From NCBI GenBank assembly GCA_965204535.1, contig CBDBEV010000001.1:64001-128000 (forward strand): a stretch of 64,000 nt of DNA, read 5' to 3'. Under the pieces are notes generated by a model. That model searched no databases and was not told where the DNA came from. It worked only from the letters and a program-made list of their open reading frames with translations. Within the stretch, counting starts at the first letter, position 1; each line of letters begins with the position of its first letter. This document shows, one piece after another, positions 18,955 through 28,032 of the stretch. The DNA is from a bacterium. Its GTDB lineage: Bacteria > UBA8248. Position numbers and translations under genes: made by a program.

Positions 18955-19715
18955 TATTGCGCGTACTGTCCGCCGTCCACGACGAGGGTCGAGCCCGTCA
19001 TGAAGCTCGAAGCGTCGCTCGCCAGGAAGAGGATCGCCCCCTTGAGTTCTTCCGGCCGGCCGACCCTTCCCATCGGGATGTGGGCCTTGATCATCCTCTC
19101 GCCCGCCTCGGAGTCGAAGAACTTGCTGTTGATGTCCGTGAGGAAATATCCCGGCGCCAGGGCGTTCACGCGCACGCCCGTCTTCGCCCATTCGAGCGCG
19201 AGCGTCTTGGTGAGCTGGATCAGGCCGCCCTTGCTCGCCGAATAGGCGGAGAGCATCTTCACCCCGATGAAGCCCGCGACCGAGGCCACGTTCACGATCG
19301 CGCCGCCGCCGCGCTCTATCATGCCCGGCGCCACGGCCTGGCACATCAGAAACGCGCCCCGCAGGTTCGTCTCCAGCACCTGGTTCCAGCGCTCAATCGG
19401 CAAGTCAGTGGCCCAGCCCTCCCCGCTCACGCCGCTGTTGTTCACCAGAACGTCGATGGCCCCCAGCGCGTCTTCCGCCTCGCGCGCCGCGTCGCGTATG
19501 GAGTCGGGCTCCGTCAGGTCGCAGGCGACGACGCGGGCCGCCCGGCCCAGGGCGCGAATCTCCTCCGCCGCCTCCTCGAGTTTTTCCTTTCGCCTCGCCG
19601 CCAGGGCGACGTCGGCGCCCGCATCGGCCAGCGCGTGGGCCATCGCGCGTCCGAGTCCCGTGCCGCCTCCTGTGACCAAAGCCTTCTTTCCGCTTAAATC
19701 AAATAGTTGTGGCAA
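18954..19715 (-). CDS. SDR oxidoreductase (KduD/gluconate 5-dehydrogenase-like)
   Basis: TGGGTGLG, NNSG and YSASK motifs; TTG start with a GGGGA RBS. Confidence 0.88.
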   Translation of the reverse strand: MPQLFDLSGKKALVTGGGTGLGRAMAHALADAGADVALAARRKEKLEEAAEEIRALGRAARVVACDLTEPDSIRDAAREAEDALGAIDVLVNNSGVSGEGWATDLPIERWNQVLETNLRGAFLMCQAVAPGMIERGGGAIVNVASVAGFIGVKMLSAYSASKGGLIQLTKTLALEWAKTGVRVNALAPGYFLTDINSKFFDSEAGERMIKAHIPMGRVGRPEELKGAILFLASDASSFMTGSTLVVDGGQYAQ

Positions 19716-19744
19716 TTTACTTTCCCCTATTTGTAACAATTCTG

Positions 19745-19990
19745 TAACATTTGCCCACAGAATCCGTGAATAACTTGTGGATAAGTCTGTTGGGAGGGCC
19801 TCTAAACCCCCTATTTTCCGTCACTTAAAACACATTGACACATTTTTGGGCAAACCTTTTAACACAAATAATTTCAATGACATACACTAAATTTTCGCCT
19901 CGTCGGGCCTTGCGCTTTCGTTTTAAGCATTGTTTTTGCACAAGTTTCATGGACGAAATCCCGTTTTCGCGTCCCACGGCTCCTTTAGAA
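19745..19990. promoter_or_regulatory. AT-rich DnaA-box cluster (candidate oriC or DnaA-binding locus)
   Basis: Perfect TGTGGATAA 19776-19784; near matches CGTGAATAA 19765, TTGCCCACA 19751, TTTAACACA 19858 and TTTTGCACA 19934. Confidence 0.55.
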
Positions 19991-19993
19991 TTA

Positions 19994-20587
19994 TCATTTT
20001 GACACGTCATCATCGCCCGATATCCCCGCTGGTCCCGCCTCGTAGAAGAGCAGGCGCGTATCGCCGTAGCGCCTCTCGCGCGCGAGTCTCGCCTCGCCCA
20101 CCTCGCTTTTCGCCTCAACGCCCCGGGGCGCCTCCATCACCAGCTGTGCGCATATCGGCTCGGGCAAAAAGACGGCATCGAGAAGCTCATGCCGCAAGCC
20201 CTCTTCGCTCCAGGGCGGGTCGGCGAAGGCCAACTCGAACCGGCGGGAGCCCTGCGCCCGGATGCGCCCGGTCTCGTGGGCCACGTCCGCGCAGCGCACC
20301 TCCAGGCCTTCGCTAAGGCCTAAGGCCTCGGCGTTTCTCTGCATCGCCGCGCAAAGCCGCGGGTTTTTCTCTACGGCGAGCACGCCCGCCGCGCCCCGGC
20401 TGAGCGCCTCGAGCGATATCGCGCCCGAACCCGCGCACAAATCCAGCACGCGCGCGCCGACGACCGCGCCCCCCCAGATGTTGAACAGTGCCTCGCGCAC
20501 CCGCTCGCCCGTGGGCCGTACGCCCTCTTCTTCGGGCGAGGGGATTCTCCGGCTCCTAGCCGCGCCGCCGATAATCCTGAGCGACAC
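19994..20587 (-). CDS. rsmD: 16S rRNA m2G966 methyltransferase
   Basis: LRIIGG, VRPT, REALFNI, LDLCAGSG, EALSRGA, DPPW and YGDT motifs. Confidence 0.92.
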   Translation of the reverse strand: MSLRIIGGAARSRRIPSPEEEGVRPTGERVREALFNIWGGAVVGARVLDLCAGSGAISLEALSRGAAGVLAVEKNPRLCAAMQRNAEALGLSEGLEVRCADVAHETGRIRAQGSRRFELAFADPPWSEEGLRHELLDAVFLPEPICAQLVMEAPRGVEAKSEVGEARLARERRYGDTRLLFYEAGPAGISGDDDVSK

Positions 20588-20596
20588 CGCCCGGCC

Positions 20597-21505
20597 TCAG
20601 AGGCGCTCGAAGTGGGCCAGTTCGCTGAACGCCCGGTAGCGCGCGTCAATCTCCTCCTCTGAGAGCGCGCGCATGCGATCGTAGCTGAACGACTCCACGT
20701 TGAACGACGCCATGACGCTGCCGAAAACGACCGCCCTGCGCATTCCCGCCTCGCTCAGGTCGCCCGTTGCGGCGAGATGGCCCATGAAGCCGCCGGCGAA
20801 GCTGTCGCCCGCCCCCGTGGGGTCGCAGACGTCTTCTATCGGCAGCCCCGGGGCGGAGAACACGCCGTCCTCGTGAAAAAGAAGCGCGCCGTACTCGCCC
20901 TGTTTCACCACCAGGGTCTTTGGGCCTATTTTTCTGATGCGGCGCGCTGCGCGCGCGATGTTCGCCTCGCCCGAAAGGGCGCGCGCCTCCGCATCGTTGA
21001 TGACGACCAGATCGGCCATCGAGAGCGTTTTGAGCAATTCCTCGCGCTTGCCCTCGATCCAGAAGTTCATGGTGTCGCACGCCACGAGCCTGGGCGTGTT
21101 CGCCTGGCCCAGGACGGCGGCCTGAAGTTCCGGATCGATGTTCGCGAGAAAGATGAATTCGGTGTCTTTGAAATCATTCGGCAACTTGGGTGAGAAGCTC
21201 TCGAAGACGTTCAGTTGCGTGTCGAGCGTGTGGGCGGTGTTCAAGTCGAACCCGTATTTCCCCTTCCAGCGGAAGGTCCGGCCATCGCTTCTTTCGATGC
21301 CGGATATGTCGATTTTGCGCTCTCTCAGGAATTCGAGCGTGCCTTCGGGAAAATCCGCCCCCACCACAGCCACGAGCCGCACGTCCGTGAAATAACTCGC
21401 CGCCACCGAGAAATAGGTGGCCGAGCCCCCCACCGCCTCCTCGCGCGCGCCGAAGGGCGTCTTCACCGAATCAATCGCCATGGAACCGACCACCAGAAGA
21501 CTCAT
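20597..21505 (-). CDS. PfkB-family carbohydrate kinase
   Basis: GGSATY and DPTGAGDSFAGG signatures. Confidence 0.9.
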   Translation of the reverse strand: MSLLVVGSMAIDSVKTPFGAREEAVGGSATYFSVAASYFTDVRLVAVVGADFPEGTLEFLRERKIDISGIERSDGRTFRWKGKYGFDLNTAHTLDTQLNVFESFSPKLPNDFKDTEFIFLANIDPELQAAVLGQANTPRLVACDTMNFWIEGKREELLKTLSMADLVVINDAEARALSGEANIARAARRIRKIGPKTLVVKQGEYGALLFHEDGVFSAPGLPIEDVCDPTGAGDSFAGGFMGHLAATGDLSEAGMRRAVVFGSVMASFNVESFSYDRMRALSEEEIDARYRAFSELAHFERL

Positions 21506-21779
21506 CTTTCCCTCAATTTTTCATACTGGCCGGCTTGCGCCGCCACACGACAACGCCCACGCCCCGCCGGAAAGCTCCGGCGAAAGCGCGTCCATTCCCC
21601 TCATGCTTCAGGAGGCCAACTCTATATTCAAAGCGCGCGCGTTTCAAAGGGGATATTCATTTCCCGGCGAATTATGGTTTAATACCGATGGCCCTGACAG
21701 CGAGTGAGAATCACGATAAGACCGCTCAAAAGGAGCGCTCTCTCACACTTTTCCGCTGCAAGGGCGCAAGGAGAGCCGC

Positions 21780-22877
21780 ATGGACGCGAAACACCCCCTC
21801 GCCACGCGCGAGGAACTGGCCAACCTCGATTTTTATGCCGATCTCGCCGATCGCTACCTCGCCGTGGACGGCCTGGAAGCGCGCTGGGTGAGTTTCACCA
21901 AAAAAGAGATCCTCCCCGACCAGGAAACCGCCGAGCGGATGCACTATCTCGTCTCGCTGGCGCGCGCGGTCGAGGAGACGCTCGATTCCGCCTTTCGCGC
22001 CGGCCACATCCCCGGCACCGCCTTTTTCGGCCGAGGAAACGAGGGGGCGAGCGTCGCGAGCGCGATGTGTCTCGAAGATCACGAATGGCTCGTGCCCATG
22101 CACCGAAACTGCGGCGCGCACCTCGCCAAGGGCCATCCGCCCAGGAGCATCATGTCGCATTTCTTCGGTCGCGCAGACGGCCCCTCGGGCGGGCGCGACG
22201 GGAATTTTCACATGGGCTACCAGCCCAAGCGCATCACCCAGCTCATCAGCCACATCGGCACCATGGTGCCCATCGCGACGGGCGTGGCGTGGGCGGCCAA
22301 GGCGCGCGGCAAGGGCGAGGCCACCATCAACTACATCGGGGACGGCGGCACGAGTGCGGGCGATTTCCACGAGGCGGTGAACTTCGCCGCCGTGCGCAAA
22401 CTCCCCCTCGTCATCATCATCGACAACAACCAGTACGCCTACAAGACGCTGCTGAGCGATCAGTACGCATGCGACGCCCTGGTGCTCAAGGCGCCCGGCT
22501 ACGGGCTTCCCGGTTTTCTCATCGACGGCACGAACGCGCCCCTGGTGCACCACGTCTGCAGCGAGGCGCTCGCGCGCGCGAGGGCGGGCGGCGGCCCCAC
22601 GCTCATCGAGAGCATCACGCTGCGCGCCGCGGGCCATTCGGTGTATGACAAGTTCGCCGACTACGTGGATATGGAACACTTCGAGAAATGGACCAGCGAG
22701 CGCGACCCCATCAAGCGGCTCGATGAGGCGCTCATCGAGTTCGGCGTCATGACGCAGGAACAAGTAACCGAATCGCATAAGCGAGCGAGAAAAGACGCGG
22801 AAGACGCGCGCGATGAAGCGCTCAAAAGCCCGATGCCCGATCCCGCGGGCCTGACCGAAGGAGTCTTTGCCGAATGA
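21780..22877 (+). CDS. TPP-dependent 2-oxoacid dehydrogenase E1 alpha
   Basis: GDGGTS...DNNQYA TPP motif; RAAGHS; RDPI. Confidence 0.9.
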   Translation: MDAKHPLATREELANLDFYADLADRYLAVDGLEARWVSFTKKEILPDQETAERMHYLVSLARAVEETLDSAFRAGHIPGTAFFGRGNEGASVASAMCLEDHEWLVPMHRNCGAHLAKGHPPRSIMSHFFGRADGPSGGRDGNFHMGYQPKRITQLISHIGTMVPIATGVAWAAKARGKGEATINYIGDGGTSAGDFHEAVNFAAVRKLPLVIIIDNNQYAYKTLLSDQYACDALVLKAPGYGLPGFLIDGTNAPLVHHVCSEALARARAGGGPTLIESITLRAAGHSVYDKFADYVDMEHFEKWTSERDPIKRLDEALIEFGVMTQEQVTESHKRARKDAEDARDEALKSPMPDPAGLTEGVFAE

Positions 22878-23866
22878 TCACCTACCGCGAAGCGCTGAGC
22901 GAGGCCCTCTGGGAGGAGATGGAGCGCGATGAGGACGTGTTTCTCCTGGGCGAGGACATCGGCCTGGGCGGCGGGGCCTTCTACATCACCAAGGGATTCA
23001 TGGAGAAATTCGGGCGTGACCGCGTGGTGGACGTTCCCCTGAGCGAGGCGGGCTTTACGGGGACGGCCATCGGCGCCGCCTTATGCGGCATGCGGCCTGT
23101 GGTGGAGTTTCAGTTCGCCGATTTCGTCACCGAATCCTACAAGATGATCGTGGACTTCGCCGCCGGGAACCATTACCGGCAGATGGGGCCGGTGCCCATC
23201 GTCCTGCGCCTGCCCGCCGCCGCGCTCGTGAGTGCGGGGCCGTTCCACAGCCAGAACCCCGAGATATGGTTTTTCGGAACGCCCGGCCTCAAGATCGTCG
23301 CCCCCACCACCGCTTATGACGCCAAGGGGATGCTCAAGGGAGCGATAAGAGACCCCAACCCCGTCATCTTCATGGAATACAAAAAGTTCTATAACTACCC
23401 GGTCGACGAATTGCCCGAAGTCCTGAGGCCCGAGATCCCCGGAGACGATTACACCGTGCCCTTCGGCGAGGCGAGAACCCTGCGCGAGGGAGAGGACATT
23501 TCACTCATCACCTTCGGCACCACCGTGCTCGAAGCCCTGGAAGCGGCGGAAGTGCTCGAAAATGACGGCGTGTCGGTGGAGGTCATCGACTTGAGAACCC
23601 TCGTTCCGCTCGATAAAGAGGCGATCCTCGAAAGCGTCAAGAAAACGGGGAAAATCCTCTTCCTGCACGAAGCCAGAAAACGCGGCGGCGTGGGCGGCGA
23701 GCTGGCCGCCATCGTGAGCGAGGAGGTTTTTGAATATCTCGACGCGCCCGTCCGCCGCATCGGCGCGCCGGAGGCCCACGTGCCGCTCAGCCCCCCGCTC
23801 GAGCGCGCCTACCTGCCGAGCACGGAGAAAGTGGTGAACGAGTTGCGCGATCTCGCCGCGTTCTAG
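22874..23866 (+). CDS. 2-oxoacid dehydrogenase E1 beta
   Basis: GEDIG, PLSEAG, EFQFADF, HSQ and IDLRTLVPLD motifs; ATGA overlap with alpha. Confidence 0.92.
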   Translation: MITYREALSEALWEEMERDEDVFLLGEDIGLGGGAFYITKGFMEKFGRDRVVDVPLSEAGFTGTAIGAALCGMRPVVEFQFADFVTESYKMIVDFAAGNHYRQMGPVPIVLRLPAAALVSAGPFHSQNPEIWFFGTPGLKIVAPTTAYDAKGMLKGAIRDPNPVIFMEYKKFYNYPVDELPEVLRPEIPGDDYTVPFGEARTLREGEDISLITFGTTVLEALEAAEVLENDGVSVEVIDLRTLVPLDKEAILESVKKTGKILFLHEARKRGGVGGELAAIVSEEVFEYLDAPVRRIGAPEAHVPLSPPLERAYLPSTEKVVNELRDLAAF

Positions 23867-23885
23867 TCCGCCAAAGGTTTTTCAT

Positions 23886-24565
23886 TCCCCCCTTGAGGGT
23901 CAAACCCGATTGATGAATGAGGGTTTGAATTGAAAAAGCCCTTGCGGGACTGTCGGGATTCCAATGTAGGTCGGACATATATGTCCGACATATATGCGGC
24001 CCTCCCCCGTCCGGCATGCGGGTCGCATGTATGCGACCCCTACACCCCGAAAATGCAATGATGGAACACGAATGACATATGGGGCCGCCCATGCAACCCT
24101 TCCGCATTGGTCGGGTCTGACACCGGAATGACGAACCAGAACCGCTTTCCTCTCTTGCAGAGCGCCAACCAACCACTCCCCCCTTGAGGGGGTTGTTGAA
24201 AAACCCTCCGGTGGGGAAGGAATCCCGATCATCGAATTGTTCACCGTAGGGACAGGCCCCCGTGCCTGTCCGTGGCCCTCGCGCCCTTGCTGTATCTGGG
24301 TGAATACGACCGACGGGCGGCCACGGGGTCAGACATATATGTCTGACCCCTACAGTCGCCATTCGAGGGATGCGCAGGGGCTTTTTCAACAGCCCCAATG
24401 CGGAAGCGATTGCCCCGCACCCGCCGGGGGACGTTCGTCCCTCCTCCTTCGATGCGGCGCTGGCGCGCCTACTCAGGATGAGGAGGTTGGGGCGCTTGCG
24501 CGCCCGCTCCCGAAATCGGCTTTTTCAACAACCCCTCCTTGGCCGGGTTTGAGACCGGGATGACG
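23886..24565. repeat. Composite REP/MITE cluster inside the E1beta-E2 spacer
   Basis: Same modules as 3655-3903, plus a TIR pair at 24189/24396 and an extra right end at 24535. Confidence 0.8.
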
Positions 24566-24648
24566 GGCGCGCCCCGCTTTTGTAAATACGGAACGGATTC
24601 TGGTATATACTCCCCAGGAAATTCCCCATCACGCTTGAAGGAGCCCCC

Positions 24649-25932
24649 ATGTACACCGCGCGCATCAGAATGCCCCGCATGGGAACCAGCGTGCACGAGA
24701 GCACGGTGGTCGCCTGGAAGAAGGCGGTGGGCGACACGGTGGCGAAGGGCGAGGTGCTCCTATCCGCGGAGAGCGACAAGGTGGAGTTCGAGGTCGAGGC
24801 CCCCGCCGACGGCGTGATAACGGAAATCCTGGCGGGAGCGGAAGAGACGGTGCCCGTCGGCGAAGTGCTCGCGACCATGGAGACCGAAACCGAGGTCACA
24901 GACGAAACACCCGAACCGGAAGAACCGGAATCGGGCGCGAGCGACTGGGCGGCTCCCGTCGCGCCGCTGCAACCCAGGGAAAAACCAGTCATCCCGGCGG
25001 CGCGGGTGGAAAAAGCGCTGCGCCCATCGACTGAGGGGAAAACCTGGCTCTCCCCGCGCGTCCAGAGCCTCGCCGCCGCGCACGGGGTCGATCTCAGCGT
25101 AATCTTAAGTATTCAGGGCACGGGAGCGGGCGGAAGGGTCAGCGCGCGCGACGTGGAGGCGTTCATCGCAGGCGGCGGCGCACCGCCAAAAATCGAGATG
25201 TCCGTGGAGCCGTTGAGCGAAGACCATGACGAGTGCGTAGAACCACTCAGCAGGGTCCGGAAGCGGATCGCCGAGAACTTGACCCGCTCGGTGCGAGAGA
25301 TTCCCCAGGTCACCAGTTGGCTGGAAGTCGACATGAGCGGCGTGTCGGCCTTTCGGGACGCGAACAAGGAGGCGTTTCGCGAGAAACACGCCGTAAACCT
25401 CACCTACACGCCCTTTTTCATCATGGCGCTCGTCCACGCGTTAAGAAACACCGATAACGAGCGCTTCAGCGCCACTTTTCAAGACGACGCCCTCACCATC
25501 AGGCGCTACCTGAACCTGGGAGTAGCCGTGGATTCTCCGGGCGGCCTCGTGGTGCCCGTGCTCGAATCGGCGGATTCCATGAACCTGGTGGAGCTATCCC
25601 TCCGCCTCGACGATCTGGCGGCCCGCGCGCGCGAGGGCGCGCTCACGCCCGACGACGTCCGGGGCGGGACGCTCACGCTCACCAATTTCGGCGCTTCGGG
25701 CGCGCTGGGCGGAAACCCCATCATCAACCCGCCCGAGGTGGCCATCATCGGCACGGGGGCGGTCGCGCCGCGCCCGGTAGCCCTTCCGACCGGCGCGGTC
25801 TCGGTTCGGCCCGTCATGATTCTGGCGATCACCTTCGATCACCGCGTGAACGACGGAATGGCGGCGGGCAGGTTCATCTCCGACATGCGCGCGGCGCTTG
25901 AGAACATGGACTTTTCCCTTTTGGAATACTGA
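24649..25932 (+). CDS. Dihydrolipoamide acyltransferase E2
   Basis: Lipoyl ESDKV, GTGAGGRV E3-binding and FDHRVNDG catalytic motifs. Confidence 0.93.
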   Translation: MYTARIRMPRMGTSVHESTVVAWKKAVGDTVAKGEVLLSAESDKVEFEVEAPADGVITEILAGAEETVPVGEVLATMETETEVTDETPEPEEPESGASDWAAPVAPLQPREKPVIPAARVEKALRPSTEGKTWLSPRVQSLAAAHGVDLSVILSIQGTGAGGRVSARDVEAFIAGGGAPPKIEMSVEPLSEDHDECVEPLSRVRKRIAENLTRSVREIPQVTSWLEVDMSGVSAFRDANKEAFREKHAVNLTYTPFFIMALVHALRNTDNERFSATFQDDALTIRRYLNLGVAVDSPGGLVVPVLESADSMNLVELSLRLDDLAARAREGALTPDDVRGGTLTLTNFGASGALGGNPIINPPEVAIIGTGAVAPRPVALPTGAVSVRPVMILAITFDHRVNDGMAAGRFISDMRAALENMDFSLLEY

Positions 25933-26015
25933 ATACCAAAACCCATAGGCGGATTCACAATCGACGATTCACGTCCACGGATCGGCCACGAATTGAAAGA
26001 GGAGCAAGAAATCCC

Positions 26016-26930
26016 ATGGCCAGACCAGACATCGACACCCCCTTGCGCTCCATGCTCTTCATCCCCGGTTCGAGCGAGAAGATGGTGGGAAAAGGACCCA
26101 CCATCGAGGCGGACGCCGCCCTGTTCGATCTCGAGGATTCCGTCGCGCCCCAGATGAAGGAAGCGGCGCGCGAACTCGTGCGCGCAGGGATTGCGGAGAC
26201 GAGCGGCGCGCCCGGCGGCCCCTCCACGGTTCTCGTGCGCGTGAACGACGTGGAATCGGGCATGCTCGAAGAAGACATCGACGCCATCGTGACCCAAGGA
26301 CTCGACGGCATCTTCCTGCCCAAACCCGAGAGCGCCGCGGACGTGAGAACCGCCGATGCGCTGCTTTCGAAATACGAGCGCGAGCGCGGCCTGGAAGAAG
26401 GCGGCGTCGGGGTCATCGCGCAGATCGAGAGCGCCTCGGGCGTCGTGCATTGCTACGACATCTGCAAGGCGGCGGACCGGGTCGTGGGCGTCAATCTCGG
26501 GAGCGCGGAGGATGCGGATCTCTGCCGCAGCCTGGGGGCCACCTGGACCGAAGACGGCACGACGCTCCTCTACACGCGGAGCAAGGTGCTCGTCGAAGCG
26601 CGGGCCGCGCGACTGCCCCACCCCACCGACGGCGTCTACATGCGCTTACAGGACGACGACGGCTGCCGGGCGGACGCGGAATTCGCCAAGAAACTCGGCT
26701 ACACCGGCAAGGCGGCCATCCACCCGAGGCAGGTGCCGATCTTCAACGACGTCTACTCGCCGAGCGAAGAAGAGGTCTCCTACTACACCGAGATGGCCGA
26801 AGCCTACCGCGAGGGCGAGGCGCAAGGATTGGGCGCGGTCTCCTTTCAGGGCAAGATGATCGACGTCGCCATGGTCAAGCACGCCGAGAACGTGCTCGCC
26901 CGCGCCCGCGCCATCGCCGAAAGAGCATAG
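26016..26930 (+). CDS. CitE/malyl-CoA lyase family CoA-ester lyase
   Basis: RSMLFIPG, DLEDSV, VRVN, IESA, GKAAIHPRQV and GKMID motifs. Confidence 0.9.
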   Translation: MARPDIDTPLRSMLFIPGSSEKMVGKGPTIEADAALFDLEDSVAPQMKEAARELVRAGIAETSGAPGGPSTVLVRVNDVESGMLEEDIDAIVTQGLDGIFLPKPESAADVRTADALLSKYERERGLEEGGVGVIAQIESASGVVHCYDICKAADRVVGVNLGSAEDADLCRSLGATWTEDGTTLLYTRSKVLVEARAARLPHPTDGVYMRLQDDDGCRADAEFAKKLGYTGKAAIHPRQVPIFNDVYSPSEEEVSYYTEMAEAYREGEAQGLGAVSFQGKMIDVAMVKHAENVLARARAIAERA

Positions 26931-26940
26931 GCTTAAGCAA

Positions 26941-27966
26941 ATGGCGGACGCTCTAGACCCGGTCGAGCATTTCTTCGCGCAGCCCTGGTCCGACGGCCTG
27001 CCCGTCGTCGTGCCGACCGAAGAGCGCCTCTCGGACATGCTGGGAGATCATGCGTTCGATACGCTCATCGGCCACGTGCCGCCGGCGAATCACCTCGCCA
27101 CGATGGAAGCCGTCGCGCTCCACGCCGTCATGGCGGGTTGCAAGCCCGAATACTTCCCGGCGCTTCTGTGCGCGCTATCGTGCATTCTGGACCCTCGCTT
27201 CAACATGAACGGCATTCAGGCGACGATGAACCCCGCCGGCCCCCTCATCGTGATGAACGGCCCCTACCCGCGCGAGATCGGGGTCCACGGCGGCACGGGA
27301 TGCCTGGGACCGGGCTTTCGGGCCAACGCGACCATCGGCCGCGCGCTCAGGCTCATGCTCCTGAACCTGGGCGGCGGGGTTCCCGGCGTGGTGGACATGA
27401 GCACGTTCGGAAGCCCGAGCAAGTTCGCTTACTGCCTGCGCGAGAACGAGGAAATCAGCCCCTGGCCCTCACTCGCCGAGGAGCGCGGATTTGAAAAGGA
27501 AGAAAACGTCGTCACCGCCTGCGCGGGGGAAGGCCCGCGCGTCGCGCTCGATGATTCGAGCGACCATCCGGACGGCGTGCTCACCACGATTGCGAGCACC
27601 ATCTCCACCATGGGGTCGCGCCACGCCTACTCGCCCGTGGGCCTCACGGTCATCATGGGACCCGAACACGCGCAGCTTCTCGCCGACCACGGATTCAGCC
27701 GGGACGACGCCAAACAAGGACTCGCAGAGCGCGCCAGCCTACCCGTAGGGCTGCTAAAGCGCGGCGGCCGCTACCGGGGGAAAGAAAAGAGCGAATGGCC
27801 CGTGTGGGTGGATCACGACGATGACGACTGCATGGCGCCTATGATCCGGAAACCGGAAGACGTAACGCTTTTAGTCGCAGGCGGCCTGCCCGGGCCTTCT
27901 TCGTTCATCATCCCCGGATGGAACAACACGAATCGGCCCGTCTCGAAGGCGTTCGTTGTGGAGTAG
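26941..27966 (+). CDS. Conserved hypothetical protein (WSDGLPVVxPT family)
   Basis: WSDGLPVVVPT, AVMAGCKPEY and ANATIGRALRL motifs; clean GC-rich codon usage. Confidence 0.75.
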   Translation: MADALDPVEHFFAQPWSDGLPVVVPTEERLSDMLGDHAFDTLIGHVPPANHLATMEAVALHAVMAGCKPEYFPALLCALSCILDPRFNMNGIQATMNPAGPLIVMNGPYPREIGVHGGTGCLGPGFRANATIGRALRLMLLNLGGGVPGVVDMSTFGSPSKFAYCLRENEEISPWPSLAEERGFEKEENVVTACAGEGPRVALDDSSDHPDGVLTTIASTISTMGSRHAYSPVGLTVIMGPEHAQLLADHGFSRDDAKQGLAERASLPVGLLKRGGRYRGKEKSEWPVWVDHDDDDCMAPMIRKPEDVTLLVAGGLPGPSSFIIPGWNNTNRPVSKAFVVE

Positions 27967-28032
27967 TTGCAAACTGGAACTATCGTCTAATCTGGCATAT
28001 GGGCGTCGTGAATCTAGCGACGCGCTCGCCCC

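Noticed and set aside
23787-24696. ORFs in repeat spacers (e.g. GLLKKP..., HICRTYMSD..., also at 591-909, 3423-3975 and 38398-39173)
   Set aside because: Their recurring peptide motifs are just translations of the DNA repeats.
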